NCBI GenBank assembly: GCA_964247295.1
Contig: CAXTTV010000003.1
Coordinates: 8,681 to 69,445 of the forward strand
Reading direction: 5' to 3'
DNA length: 60,765 nucleotides
Origin: an uncultured Ktedonobacteraceae bacterium
GTDB taxonomy: Bacteria > Chloroflexota > Ktedonobacteria > Ktedonobacterales > Ktedonobacteraceae
Below, one piece after another: positions 1 to 9,185 of the stretch (position 1 is its first letter; each line of letters begins with the position of its first letter). The notes below the pieces were generated by a model that saw only the letters and a list, made by a program, of their open reading frames with translations, did not search any database and was not told the origin of the DNA. Position numbers and translations under genes: made by a program.

Positions 1-608
1 TCTGCGCTGGGGACTCCAAGAAGCCTGCTCCACCGCAGAAGATGTTCGCTTGCCTGAGCATCAGGACCTGAGCGTGCCCAAAGAATGCCGTCATGAAAAT
101 GCTGAAGAACCGCTTGCTGACGCAGTAGGCTACAGATCAAGGAGGTTTTTCCAATACCAGGTAACCCATGGATTGCCTGAACTGTCGGTGACGGAGACGT
201 GCACATGGTTGTTGAGAGGTGTTGTAAAACTTCCTCTCGACCAACAAGCAAAAACTGGGAAGAAAGTGAAGGGATCATCGGATCAAAAATCGTCTGGGGG
301 GAACCAGGGTCAGGGTGTGTAATGGCCAACTCGTGAGTTTCTGCCACGCCCCTGGTGACGGGCGGGACGGAAATTTTTCGCGATGGGCGATTATGTTCTG
401 ATTGTGAATGGGCCACCATTAGATCAAGATCAATGGCCGAAAGATGAAAAAGATCGCATAGCTTTCCACGTATATAGAGCGTGGGAAAGGTCTCGTTACG
501 CTCCCAACGGCTTATAGTGTTTGGTGTTGTACCCAGAAGCTCCGCTAATTTGCTCTGGGAAAATCCACGTTGGAGACGCTCCTGGCGTAATCGATGACTA
601 AATGACAT
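1..608 (-). CDS. Partial (3' end beyond window) HTH-XRE + STAND/NB-ARC NTPase protein
   Basis: Manual reverse-complement translation from ATG at 608 gives MSFSHRLRQERLQRGFSQSKLAELLGTTPNTISRWERNETFPT..., a Cro/C1-type HTH. It continues without a stop to position 1 through ...LLVGREEVLQHL...IHGLPGIGKTSLI..., a P-loop of NB-ARC/STAND type. It is absent from the ORF track because no stop lies in the window. It makes the + ORF 50..322 a shadow ORF. Confidence 0.7.
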   Translation of the reverse strand, partial: MSFSHRLRQERLQRGFSQSKLAELLGTTPNTISRWERNETFPTLYIRGKLCDLFHLSAIDLDLMVAHSQSEHNRPSRKISVPPVTRGVAETHELAITHPDPGSPQTIFDPMIPSLSSQFLLVGREEVLQHLSTTMCTSPSPTVQAIHGLPGIGKTSLICSLLRQQAVLQHFHDGILWARSGPDAQASEHLLRWSRLLGVPSA

Positions 609-906
609 ATGTTTTCTCCCGAGAAATGGAAAGACATTGGCCTTTCTTTCTCTATAAACCTTCAGCTCTTATCACTTCTCCATACTTTTTGATTGACGTT
701 CAAGCACTTGATAGATAATCTAACAGATATATGTGGAAAATGTCAAATTGTATCAGTGCGTATAGGATTTTTGTGTGCATAACGTTGGATGATTTTAGAT
801 GGTATAATTCTACCAATTGAATACTCTGGTTGATTCCCCTTTACTGGTTTTCGCTGAGGCTACAAATGGGCAGTGCTGCCTGGCTGATCTTTGAAAGGTC
901 TGATCA

Positions 907-2514
907 ATGACGTATGAGTCTCGCCTCAATTCCCGTGATCCACTGTTTGCCGAGAACGCCCAATGGATGGGCCGGCTTGTGCAGGAGCTGGAGACCCGCC
1001 AGGCTCAGATCCGCGCCGGCGGGGGTGAACGTAACATCCAAAAGTTTCGAGCCAGAGGCAAATTGCTCCCTCGTGAACGTCTGGAGTTGCTGCTGGACCC
1101 CAATACCCCCTTCCTGGAACTTTCTCCTCTGGCAGCCTATGGCATGTATAATGATGAGTCGCCCGGTGCCTCACAAATTACCGGGATCGGTGTCGTCAGC
1201 GGGACCGAGTGCATGATCTTTGTAAATGATGCGACGGTTAAGGGAGGTTCGGTCTACCCGATGACCCTGGCAAAGTCTCTGCGTGCCCAGCGGATCGCCG
1301 AGGAAAACGCTCTGCCCTGCATTACGCTGGTGGAGTCGGCGGGTGCCAATCTGCTGTATCAGGCGGAGATCTTCGCGGACGAGGGTGGTCGAGGCTTTGC
1401 GAATCAGGCGCGGATGTCGGCGAAGGGCATTCCTCAGATTGCCCTGGTCTTTGGTTCTTCGACGGCTGGTGGGGCATATGTGCCGGGAATGAGCGATTAT
1501 GTGGTGATGGTCAGAAAACAGGCAAAGGTGTTTCTAGGCGGCCCACCTCTGGTAAAGATGGCGACCGGTGAGGATGTAGATGATGAGACGCTGGGTGGAG
1601 CCGAGATGCACGCCCATGAGTCCGGAGTTAGTGATTATACGGCTGAGGATGACGCCGATGCGATCCGCCTTGGTCGGCAGATTGTGGCTCAATTAAACCA
1701 TCGTAAGGTACTGGAAGGCCGTCGACAGCCCCCCAGGCCTCCCAGGTATGATCCTGACGAGCTGTTGGGAGTAATCTCGCCCGATCCCCGTATCCCCTTT
1801 GATAGTCGCGAGATTATTGTCAGAATTGTCGATGACTCTGACTTTTTTGAGTTTAAACGCGACTATGGCCCGACGTTGATTACGGGCCATGCCTACATCA
1901 ATGGCTATCCCGTGGGAATTCTGGGCAACAACGGTGTGCTTTTTGCCGAATGTGCCCTCAAGGCAGCACAATTTATCCAGCTCTGCAATCAGTCGCGAAC
2001 TCCTTTGATTTATCTTCAGAATATTACTGGCTTTATGGTTGGCACCAGATATGAGCGTGAAGGGATCATCAAGCACGGCTCAAAGATGGTGAACGCCGTG
2101 GCTACCTCGACGGTACCCCAGTTTACGATGATCGTTGGGGGCTCGTATGGCGCGGGTAACTATGGAATGTGTGGCCGAGCGTATGATCCCCGTTTCCTCT
2201 GGACGTGGCCCAATAGTCGGATCGCGGTGATGGGGGGTGAGCAGGCCTCTGGTGTGCTGAGAATTGTGCAGGAGGCGCAGGCGCGTTCGAGGGGTCTGGA
2301 ACCGGATCTGCAAAAAATTGAAATGATGCAGATGCTGACCCGTCAAAAATTTGAAGAAGAGTCCTCCGCCTACTACGCGACCGCCCGCCTCTGGGACGAC
2401 GGGATCATTGATCCCCGCGATACCCGCCGGGTGCTCAGTATCGGCCTTTCCATTGCGCATAATACCGATTTTGTCAGTGCTGGAGCACCAAACTACGGCG
2501 TCTTCCGCATGTAA
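907..2514 (+). CDS. Methylcrotonyl-CoA carboxylase beta subunit (acyl-CoA carboxyltransferase)
   Basis: 535 aa. Carboxyltransferase motifs (GGSVYPMTLAK, SAGANL, GGAYVPGMSD). Family-level similarity to MCC/PCC beta. AAAGG precedes the ATG. Confidence 0.9.
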   Translation: MTYESRLNSRDPLFAENAQWMGRLVQELETRQAQIRAGGGERNIQKFRARGKLLPRERLELLLDPNTPFLELSPLAAYGMYNDESPGASQITGIGVVSGTECMIFVNDATVKGGSVYPMTLAKSLRAQRIAEENALPCITLVESAGANLLYQAEIFADEGGRGFANQARMSAKGIPQIALVFGSSTAGGAYVPGMSDYVVMVRKQAKVFLGGPPLVKMATGEDVDDETLGGAEMHAHESGVSDYTAEDDADAIRLGRQIVAQLNHRKVLEGRRQPPRPPRYDPDELLGVISPDPRIPFDSREIIVRIVDDSDFFEFKRDYGPTLITGHAYINGYPVGILGNNGVLFAECALKAAQFIQLCNQSRTPLIYLQNITGFMVGTRYEREGIIKHGSKMVNAVATSTVPQFTMIVGGSYGAGNYGMCGRAYDPRFLWTWPNSRIAVMGGEQASGVLRIVQEAQARSRGLEPDLQKIEMMQMLTRQKFEEESSAYYATARLWDDGIIDPRDTRRVLSIGLSIAHNTDFVSAGAPNYGVFRM

Positions 2515-2539
2515 TCCCCTACCAACAAGGAGGTTAGCG

Positions 2540-3712
2540 ATGTCATCTGAGATGTATTTCAATGAAGAGCAGCATATGTTTCGGCAGACGGTTCGTCAGT
2601 TTGTCGAGAAAGAGATTGAGCCGCACGTTGAAGAGTGGGAGCAGGAGGGGATCTGGCCGGCGAGGCAGGTTTTACAGAAAATGGGGGCGCTGGGGATGCT
2701 TGGTCTGTCCTATCCCGAGGAGTACGGTGGTTCCGGTCTGGACTACTGGTATAACGTGGTCCTGGCCGAAGAACTGGGGAGGATCTCCTGTGGCGGTGTC
2801 CCTATGGGGATTACGGTCCACTCCGATATGGCGACTCCCGCTCTGGCCGAATTTGGCTCCGAGGAACTCAAGCAGAAATATCTGGTCCCGGCGATCGCTG
2901 GCGAGAAGGTGTTCTCAATTGGAGTAAGCGAGCCCGATGCTGGCTCGGACGTGGCCTCGATCCGCACCCGCGCCGTTGTGGACGGCGATGATTATATTAT
3001 CAATGGCAATAAGATGTGGATCACCAATGGCACTCAGGCCGATATCATTGTCACGCTGGTCCGAACCAGTGAGGGGAGTGGCTATCGAGGGATGTCGCTG
3101 ATTGTGGTACCGACGGAGACACCGGGCTTTAGTGTCAGTAAAAAGTTGGTGAAGCTGGGCATGCACAGCAGCGATACCGGGCTGCTAAACTTCGATAATG
3201 TTCGGGTCCCTCAGAGCAATCGGATTGGCGAGGAGGGGATGGGCTTTATCCTTCAGATGATGCAGTTCCAGAAGGAGCGTCTGATTGGTTCGGTCTCTTC
3301 ACTGGCAGGAGCCGAACAGATGATCGAGCTGACGGTGAAATATTGTCAGGAGCGTAGCACCTTTGGGCAGCCGCTCATTGATAACCAGTGGATTCACTTT
3401 AAGCTGAGCGAGCTGATGGCGCGCTGCGAGGCTCAGCGCCAGCTTAATTATCACTGTGCCCGGATAATGATAGCTGGCCAGGACGCTACCAAAGAGGTCT
3501 CGATGGCGAAGCTGCTGATGGGGCGGCTGGCGCGAGAGATCGCTGATACCTGCCTTCAGTTCCATGGTGGCATGGGCTATGTGGAAGAGTATCCAGTGGC
3601 TCGCTACTTTCGGGACTCGCGGCTGCTCTCCATTGGTGGTGGGGCCGACGAGATTATGCTGGGAATTATTGCCAAGTACGCCGGCATCCTGCCCAAAAAG
3701 AAGAAAGCGTAA
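2540..3712 (+). CDS. Acyl-CoA dehydrogenase (isovaleryl-CoA dehydrogenase-like)
   Basis: The track ORF 2351..3712 overlaps the upstream gene. An internal ATG at 2540 is preceded by GGAGG (2529-2533) and gives MSSEMYFNEEQHMFRQTV..., a typical ACAD N-terminus. ACAD motifs are present (GGMGY, EIMLGIIAKY). Confidence 0.85.
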   Translation: MSSEMYFNEEQHMFRQTVRQFVEKEIEPHVEEWEQEGIWPARQVLQKMGALGMLGLSYPEEYGGSGLDYWYNVVLAEELGRISCGGVPMGITVHSDMATPALAEFGSEELKQKYLVPAIAGEKVFSIGVSEPDAGSDVASIRTRAVVDGDDYIINGNKMWITNGTQADIIVTLVRTSEGSGYRGMSLIVVPTETPGFSVSKKLVKLGMHSSDTGLLNFDNVRVPQSNRIGEEGMGFILQMMQFQKERLIGSVSSLAGAEQMIELTVKYCQERSTFGQPLIDNQWIHFKLSELMARCEAQRQLNYHCARIMIAGQDATKEVSMAKLLMGRLAREIADTCLQFHGGMGYVEEYPVARYFRDSRLLSIGGGADEIMLGIIAKYAGILPKKKKA

Positions 3713-3720
3713 ACGCACGT

Positions 3721-5685
3721 ATGATAGGGACAGTATTGATCGCCAACCGGGGAGAGATCGCCTGTCGCGTCATCAGAACCTGCCGCCGCCTGGGTATCCG
3801 GGTGGTGGCGGTCTATTCAGATGTTGACGCCAATAGCCTGCACGTTCGGATGGCGGACGAGGCCATTTGGATTGGCCCGGCCCCCGCCTCTTCCTCATAT
3901 TTAAATATGGATGCGGTCCTTGGGGCTGCTACGCGTAGCGAGGCAGATGCGATCCATCCCGGCTTTGGCTTCCTTTCAGAGAACGCGGACTTCGCGCGCG
4001 CCACTTTAGCTACTGGCCTGACCTGGATTGGTCCATCGCCCGAAGCGATGGACTCGATGGGCAATAAAAGCGCCGCCCGACAACTGGTAGCTCAGCGTGG
4101 TGTCCCGACCGTTCCCGGCTACGATGGAGGGGATCAAACGGATGGTCGACTCGTGGAAGAGGCCCAAAGAATTGGTTTCCCATTGATGGTCAAGGCCGCC
4201 GCCGGAGGTGGTGGCAAGGGGATGCGGCTGGTCGCGCGGGCAGAAGATCTAGAAGAGGCGCTGGCGGCAGCTAGAAGAGAGTCGCTTCAGGCCTTTGGCT
4301 CAGATCAATTGCTGTTAGAAAGGGCGATTATTGAGCCGCGCCATATTGAGTTTCAGGTCTTTGGGGACAATACCGGGCAGATTATCCATCTGGGTGAGCG
4401 GGAATGCTCTGTTCAGAGGCGGCATCAGAAAGTCATAGAAGAGACGCCCTCGGTAGCTCTGGATAGCAGGTTACGTGAGGCTATGGGCAGAGCAGCGGTC
4501 AAGGCAGCCGGGAGCGTCAATTATACTAACGCTGGAACAGTGGAATTTCTACTGGATAAACAAAATGACTATTATTTTCTAGAAATGAATACTCGTCTCC
4601 AGGTTGAACATCCGGTGACCGAGCTGGTGACCGGTCTGGATCTGGTTGAATGGCAGATCTGTGTGGCTGAGGGTCAGCCTTTGCCGCTGCGTCAGGAAGA
4701 GGTTCGCTTTCGGGGGCATGCTGTCGAGGCTCGGCTCTATGCCGAGAATCCTTCCAACCAGTTTCTGCCGGTTACTGGAACTATCGTGTGTTGGCATTCC
4801 CCCGAGGGCGAGGGCATACGCGTCGAGAGTGGCATTAGCAGCGGTGATGAGATCTCCATCTACTATGATCCGATGTTGGCGAAAATTATCGGCTATGGCA
4901 GGGACCGTGCCGACGCAAATCGGCGTTTAAGCCGGGCACTGGAAGAAACGGTCTTGCTGGGATTGACCAGTAATCGCGGCTATCTTCACGCGATCCTCCG
5001 GCAGCAAGCCTATCAACGGGGAGAGCTCAGCACCGACTTTCTCGCCCGTTATTTGAGCGGTTGGCATGAGCAAGAGGGGGATCTGGTGCTGGCCCTTGTC
5101 GCCGCGACCGTCCGCCAGTGGGAGTCCCTCACCGCCTCTGGTAGTCCAGAGATCTCTGGTTACTGGCGCAACAATCCCAACAGCCCGACCCGTTATCGCT
5201 ACAACGATGGCTCCGATCGGCCATTAGAGGTCCTACTCACCTCTGCCAACCGAGGGGAAGGCTACCATCTTTCTATTGAAGGTCGAGAGCTGGATGTGCG
5301 ATTGAACGAGATCCAGGAGCATACCATGACGCTCACCCTGTTTGGTTATCGACAGACCGTGTGGTTAGCTCAGCAGGGATCGCAATGGTGGGTGCAGACC
5401 CGCAAGGGGGGTGTTCAGTTAAAGAGCCTCTCACTCTTACCAGAACCTCGGAGCGTGGCCGACGCCGGAGGATCATTGAGAGCCCCGATGCCTGGCTCGG
5501 TGATCCAGATCCTTGTTAAACAGGGCCAGCAGGTCCAGAAGGGTGATCCTTTGTTGAAGCTGGAGGCCATGAAGATGGAGCATACGATTCGGACCTCCGC
5601 TGATGGAATTGTCGAGGCCATTTATTATCGAGAGGGCGAGACCGTCCCGGCTGATGCGCTGCTGGTCAAGATTCGCGAAGAGTAA
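3721..5685 (+). CDS. Methylcrotonyl-CoA carboxylase alpha subunit (biotin carboxylase + biotinyl carrier domain)
   Basis: 654 aa. ATP-grasp biotin carboxylase N-terminus (LIANRGEIACRVIRT), C-terminal biotinyl domain with the EAMKMEH biotinylation motif. Confidence 0.9.
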   Translation: MIGTVLIANRGEIACRVIRTCRRLGIRVVAVYSDVDANSLHVRMADEAIWIGPAPASSSYLNMDAVLGAATRSEADAIHPGFGFLSENADFARATLATGLTWIGPSPEAMDSMGNKSAARQLVAQRGVPTVPGYDGGDQTDGRLVEEAQRIGFPLMVKAAAGGGGKGMRLVARAEDLEEALAAARRESLQAFGSDQLLLERAIIEPRHIEFQVFGDNTGQIIHLGERECSVQRRHQKVIEETPSVALDSRLREAMGRAAVKAAGSVNYTNAGTVEFLLDKQNDYYFLEMNTRLQVEHPVTELVTGLDLVEWQICVAEGQPLPLRQEEVRFRGHAVEARLYAENPSNQFLPVTGTIVCWHSPEGEGIRVESGISSGDEISIYYDPMLAKIIGYGRDRADANRRLSRALEETVLLGLTSNRGYLHAILRQQAYQRGELSTDFLARYLSGWHEQEGDLVLALVAATVRQWESLTASGSPEISGYWRNNPNSPTRYRYNDGSDRPLEVLLTSANRGEGYHLSIEGRELDVRLNEIQEHTMTLTLFGYRQTVWLAQQGSQWWVQTRKGGVQLKSLSLLPEPRSVADAGGSLRAPMPGSVIQILVKQGQQVQKGDPLLKLEAMKMEHTIRTSADGIVEAIYYREGETVPADALLVKIREE

Positions 5686-5697
5686 GGAGCAAATGTG

Positions 5698-6537
5698 ATG
5701 CGCTATCAATCAATCTTCCGACCGGACCTGTTTGAAAACCAGACGATTATTATCACCGGAGGCGGTAGTGGGATTGGCCGGGCTGCCGCTCATGAACTGG
5801 CCTCGCTGGGTGCCCATGTTGTGCTGGCAGCGCGTAAAGAGGAGCGACTTCAAAAGGTGCAGCAAGAGATCCAGAGCGCTGAAGGACAGGCCAGCTATTA
5901 TCTCTGTGATGTCCGCAAAGAAGATCAGGTTGCGAACCTTTTTGAGCAGGTCTTGAAAGAGCGTGGGGCCGTCCATGCCCTCTTCAACAATGGCGGAGGG
6001 CAGTATCTCAGCCCCGCCGACCAGATTCAGTTGAAGGGCTGGAACGCCGTGATTGAGACCAATCTCACCGGTACTTTCCTGATGTGTCGGCAGGCTTATC
6101 GCAGCTATATGGGAGAGCATGGGGGTGCCATCGTCACTATGCTGATGGAGAACTGGCGCGGCTATCCAGGGATGCTGCACTCTGGCGCAGCGCGGGCCGG
6201 CATTGAAAACATGGTCAAGACCCTGGCCGTGGAGTGGGCCAGCGTCGGTATTCGCATCAACGGAGTTGCTCCTGGTACCATCAACTCCAGTGGACTCCAG
6301 ACCTACGGTGAGGCCGCGCAACCTCTGATCCAGCGCAGCCGTCAGGATGTTCCTATGAAAAGACTTGGAAGCGAGAGCGAGATCGCCGCTGCTGTAACCT
6401 TCCTGCTCTCGCCTGCCGCCAGCTACATCAGCGGAGAGGTAATCAAGGCGGATGGAGCCAGCTCGCTCTGGCGCAAACCATGGGAGATAGAAGATCACAG
6501 CAACGCCCCCACCTATAATGGTTTTATAGAATCGTAG
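5698..6537 (+). CDS. SDR-family oxidoreductase, 2,4-dienoyl-CoA reductase / peroxisomal trans-2-enoyl-CoA reductase-like
   Basis: TGGGSGIGRAAA Rossmann motif. LHSGAARAGIENMVKTLAVEWASVGIRINGVAPG resembles the DECR/PECR SDR subgroup, where His replaces the catalytic Tyr. AAGGAG at 5684-5689. The track gives GTG 5695; ATG 5698 has the better spacing. Confidence 0.75.
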   Translation: MRYQSIFRPDLFENQTIIITGGGSGIGRAAAHELASLGAHVVLAARKEERLQKVQQEIQSAEGQASYYLCDVRKEDQVANLFEQVLKERGAVHALFNNGGGQYLSPADQIQLKGWNAVIETNLTGTFLMCRQAYRSYMGEHGGAIVTMLMENWRGYPGMLHSGAARAGIENMVKTLAVEWASVGIRINGVAPGTINSSGLQTYGEAAQPLIQRSRQDVPMKRLGSESEIAAAVTFLLSPAASYISGEVIKADGASSLWRKPWEIEDHSNAPTYNGFIES

Positions 6538-6698
6538 GTCAGTCGCAAACGACTCTGCTAGGAAAAGAAGAAGGTGTTCCTGTGCAGGGAGCGACCCGAT
6601 CTACGGGCGATGGCGAGGTGGGAGAATATCGTTCCTTTTTTTCCGGCGGGGTCGCAAACGCCAGCCCTACGAGACCTGTCCATAACTGAAAAGATAAA

Positions 6699-7514
6699 AT
6701 GAGGTACCTTATGCCCTATGCGGTAGGAGATTACTACGAGCGTATTGAAGATTACGACCTTGCCTACCAGGCGCAGTCGGAGCAAGATCTGCCATTTTGG
6801 CGCAGTCTGGTAGAGCGGTACGCGCCCGAAAGAATTCTAGAGCTGGCTTGTGGCAGCGGACGGATCGGTCTGGATCTGCTGCGCCTGCCCCTGAACTTCA
6901 AAATGGAAGGGCTGGATCTCTCAGAAGGGATGCTTAAAGCTTATCAGCGCAAGCTTAAACAAGAGTCAGCAGAAACTCAGCAGCGCGTCACTCTGCATCA
7001 GGAAGATATGACAGCTTTTGATCTGCCAAACAAAGGCCATTTTGATCTTATTTTCCTGCCTTTTAACTCGATTGCCCATCTACACGAAATCGAAGAACAG
7101 ATGGGCGCTTTCAAAAACGCCTATGAGCATCTGCGATCCGGTGGGCGCTTTGTCGTCGATATTCAATTGCCTGACCTGGATTATCTTAGCGATGCTCTGA
7201 ACCGCCCCTCGCACGTCTACCTGGAAGATGAGATCGAGGACCCGGATGGTGAATTTACCATGCTCAACTATAGCATCCGTAAATACGAGTCGATTGAGCA
7301 ACATCAGCGCATGACCTGGATTCATGAGCGCTTCTCTCAAACAAGCGGTGAGAACGAGCGCTATCTAACCCGGCTGGATATGCATATGTTTTTCCCACGC
7401 GAACTGCAACTGCTCTTTCTTGCCAGCAGCTTCAAGATTGAGAATATTTACGGCGGCTATAACTTTGAGCCCTATGGGAATGGTACTCGCCAGCTTGTAA
7501 TTGGTCATAAATAA
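6699..7514 (+). CDS. Class I SAM-dependent methyltransferase
   Basis: Motif I LELACGSGRIGLDLL. 271 aa. No substrate can be assigned. Confidence 0.7.
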   Translation: MRYLMPYAVGDYYERIEDYDLAYQAQSEQDLPFWRSLVERYAPERILELACGSGRIGLDLLRLPLNFKMEGLDLSEGMLKAYQRKLKQESAETQQRVTLHQEDMTAFDLPNKGHFDLIFLPFNSIAHLHEIEEQMGAFKNAYEHLRSGGRFVVDIQLPDLDYLSDALNRPSHVYLEDEIEDPDGEFTMLNYSIRKYESIEQHQRMTWIHERFSQTSGENERYLTRLDMHMFFPRELQLLFLASSFKIENIYGGYNFEPYGNGTRQLVIGHK

Positions 7515-7586
7515 TCTTGATCGCGCGAGATGGCGTACAATAGTTGGTAGAGATGTCGCACTGACGAGCAGGAGAGCAGGAGATTT

Positions 7587-9011
7587 TTGAAGATGCCATT
7601 ACCGTTTACTACAATCGCGGAGGCCGCGCAGGCGCTGCGTAATGGTCTGACCTCGCCCGGAGAACTGGTTGAGGAGGCCTTTAACCAGATTGAGGCCCGC
7701 GATGGCGAGATTAAGGCCTTTGTGACTTTGATGCGCGAACAGGCCCTGGCCGATGTTGAGATGATTGAGCGGGAGCAATTTACCGGCTTCTACCGCAGCC
7801 CCCTGCATGGGATTCCCGTCGCGATCAAAGATATTATCGCGGTCAAAGATGTACGGACCACTGCTGGTTCACGCGTGTTAGAGCAGCATATCTCGCGCGA
7901 GGACGCGATGGTCGTAGAGCAGTTGCGCAAGGCTGGCGCGATCATCATTGGCAAGACCAATACACACGAGTTTGCCTATGGGACCTTCACCCCTCCGACC
8001 CGCAATCCCTGGAACTTGAACCGTGTTCCCGGTGGTTCCAGCGGTGGATCAGCCGCTGCCCTCGCCGCCGGTATGGCGCTAGGTGCGGTCGGCAGCGATA
8101 CCGGCGGCTCTATTCGCATTCCCGCCGCCTGCTGCGGTGTTACTGGCCTCAAGCCAACCTATGGGCGTGTCAGTTGCTATGGAGTCATTCCCCTAAGCTG
8201 GTCGCTCGACCATGTTGGGCCGATGGCGAGGACCGCCGAGGATTGCGCGATCCTCTTCGACGCCATCGCCGGCTACGATCCCCGAGATCCCAATAGCACC
8301 TCTGGGCCACCGAGTCGGACCACTGCCAGCCTGATCAACGGGCCCGATGGGCGGCGAGATCAGATGTCGCTGCAAGGCCTGACCCTCGGTGTACCTTCAA
8401 ATGAGGCTGTCATTCCATTGGACCCCGAGGTTCGCGCCGCCTGGGCCGCCTCTCTGCTTGTAATGAAAGAAGAGGGGGCTCAGGTTAAGGAGGTAGAGAT
8501 CCCAACGGCCTCCCTTGAGCTTTACCGCACAATTCAACGGCCTGAAGCTACCCTCTCGCATCGCGATAAAGGCTGGTTGGAGCATCCTTCGCTCTACCAG
8601 GAAAGTACCCTTGAACATCTTATGAACGGCTTCCAGGTCAGCGCCGTCGACTATCTAGAGGCGCAACAGCGGCGGAGAGTCTTCGCCAGTGGAATGCGGA
8701 ATGTCCTGCAAAATCAGGGGATCGACGCCCTGGTCCTACCAACTATTCCCATTCCGGCAATCCCAGTAGAGCAGGCCGGTCACCTTATCGAAATCGACGG
8801 GATCAGCGAAGAGTCCGCGCCAGCGATGCTTCGGCTCACCATGCCCTTCAATCTCTCGGGGTTGCCAACCATCTCTTTCCCTTGTGGCTTCAGCAAAGAC
8901 AATCTGCCGATCGGACTTCAGATAGCGGGGCGACCCTTTGAAGAGTCCACTGTGCTGAGGATCGCCCATGCCTATCAACAATTAACCGACTGGCATACAC
9001 GCCAGCCTTAA
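7587..9011 (+). CDS. Amidase (amidase-signature family, GatA-like)
   Basis: [14 protein letters not shown]...[13 protein letters not shown] amidase signature with the Ser-cisSer-Lys context. TTG at 7587, alternative ATG at 7593. Confidence 0.85.
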   Translation: MKMPLPFTTIAEAAQALRNGLTSPGELVEEAFNQIEARDGEIKAFVTLMREQALADVEMIEREQFTGFYRSPLHGIPVAIKDIIAVKDVRTTAGSRVLEQHISREDAMVVEQLRKAGAIIIGKTNTHEFAYGTFTPPTRNPWNLNRVPGGSSGGSAAALAAGMALGAVGSDTGGSIRIPAACCGVTGLKPTYGRVSCYGVIPLSWSLDHVGPMARTAEDCAILFDAIAGYDPRDPNSTSGPPSRTTASLINGPDGRRDQMSLQGLTLGVPSNEAVIPLDPEVRAAWAASLLVMKEEGAQVKEVEIPTASLELYRTIQRPEATLSHRDKGWLEHPSLYQESTLEHLMNGFQVSAVDYLEAQQRRRVFASGMRNVLQNQGIDALVLPTIPIPAIPVEQAGHLIEIDGISEESAPAMLRLTMPFNLSGLPTISFPCGFSKDNLPIGLQIAGRPFEESTVLRIAHAYQQLTDWHTRQP

Positions 9012-9185
9012 TCTCACCAGACCAGGAAGCTTCTTTTCTACCAGAAAGCTCCTTCAAAATACTTTTTTATGGTACAATAATTCGCAACAGAGCTTTTTGC
9101 TGTTTGTGATAGGTGCTGGCCCGATTGTCTTACCTGTCATCCTCTTCGAGGGGCAATTCGTGTAAATGGTAATTATGGTTAACTG

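Noticed and set aside
50-322. Track ORF, 90 aa, plus strand
   Set aside because: Lies entirely antisense within the well-supported minus-strand HTH/STAND gene (1..608). No RBS or domain.
2351-2539. N-terminal 63 codons of track ORF 2351..3712
   Set aside because: Overlaps the 3' end of the carboxylase beta-subunit gene. The acyl-CoA dehydrogenase homology and a GGAGG RBS begin at ATG 2540.
5710-6498. 262-aa minus-strand ORF
   Set aside because: Antisense shadow of the SDR gene. No motifs.
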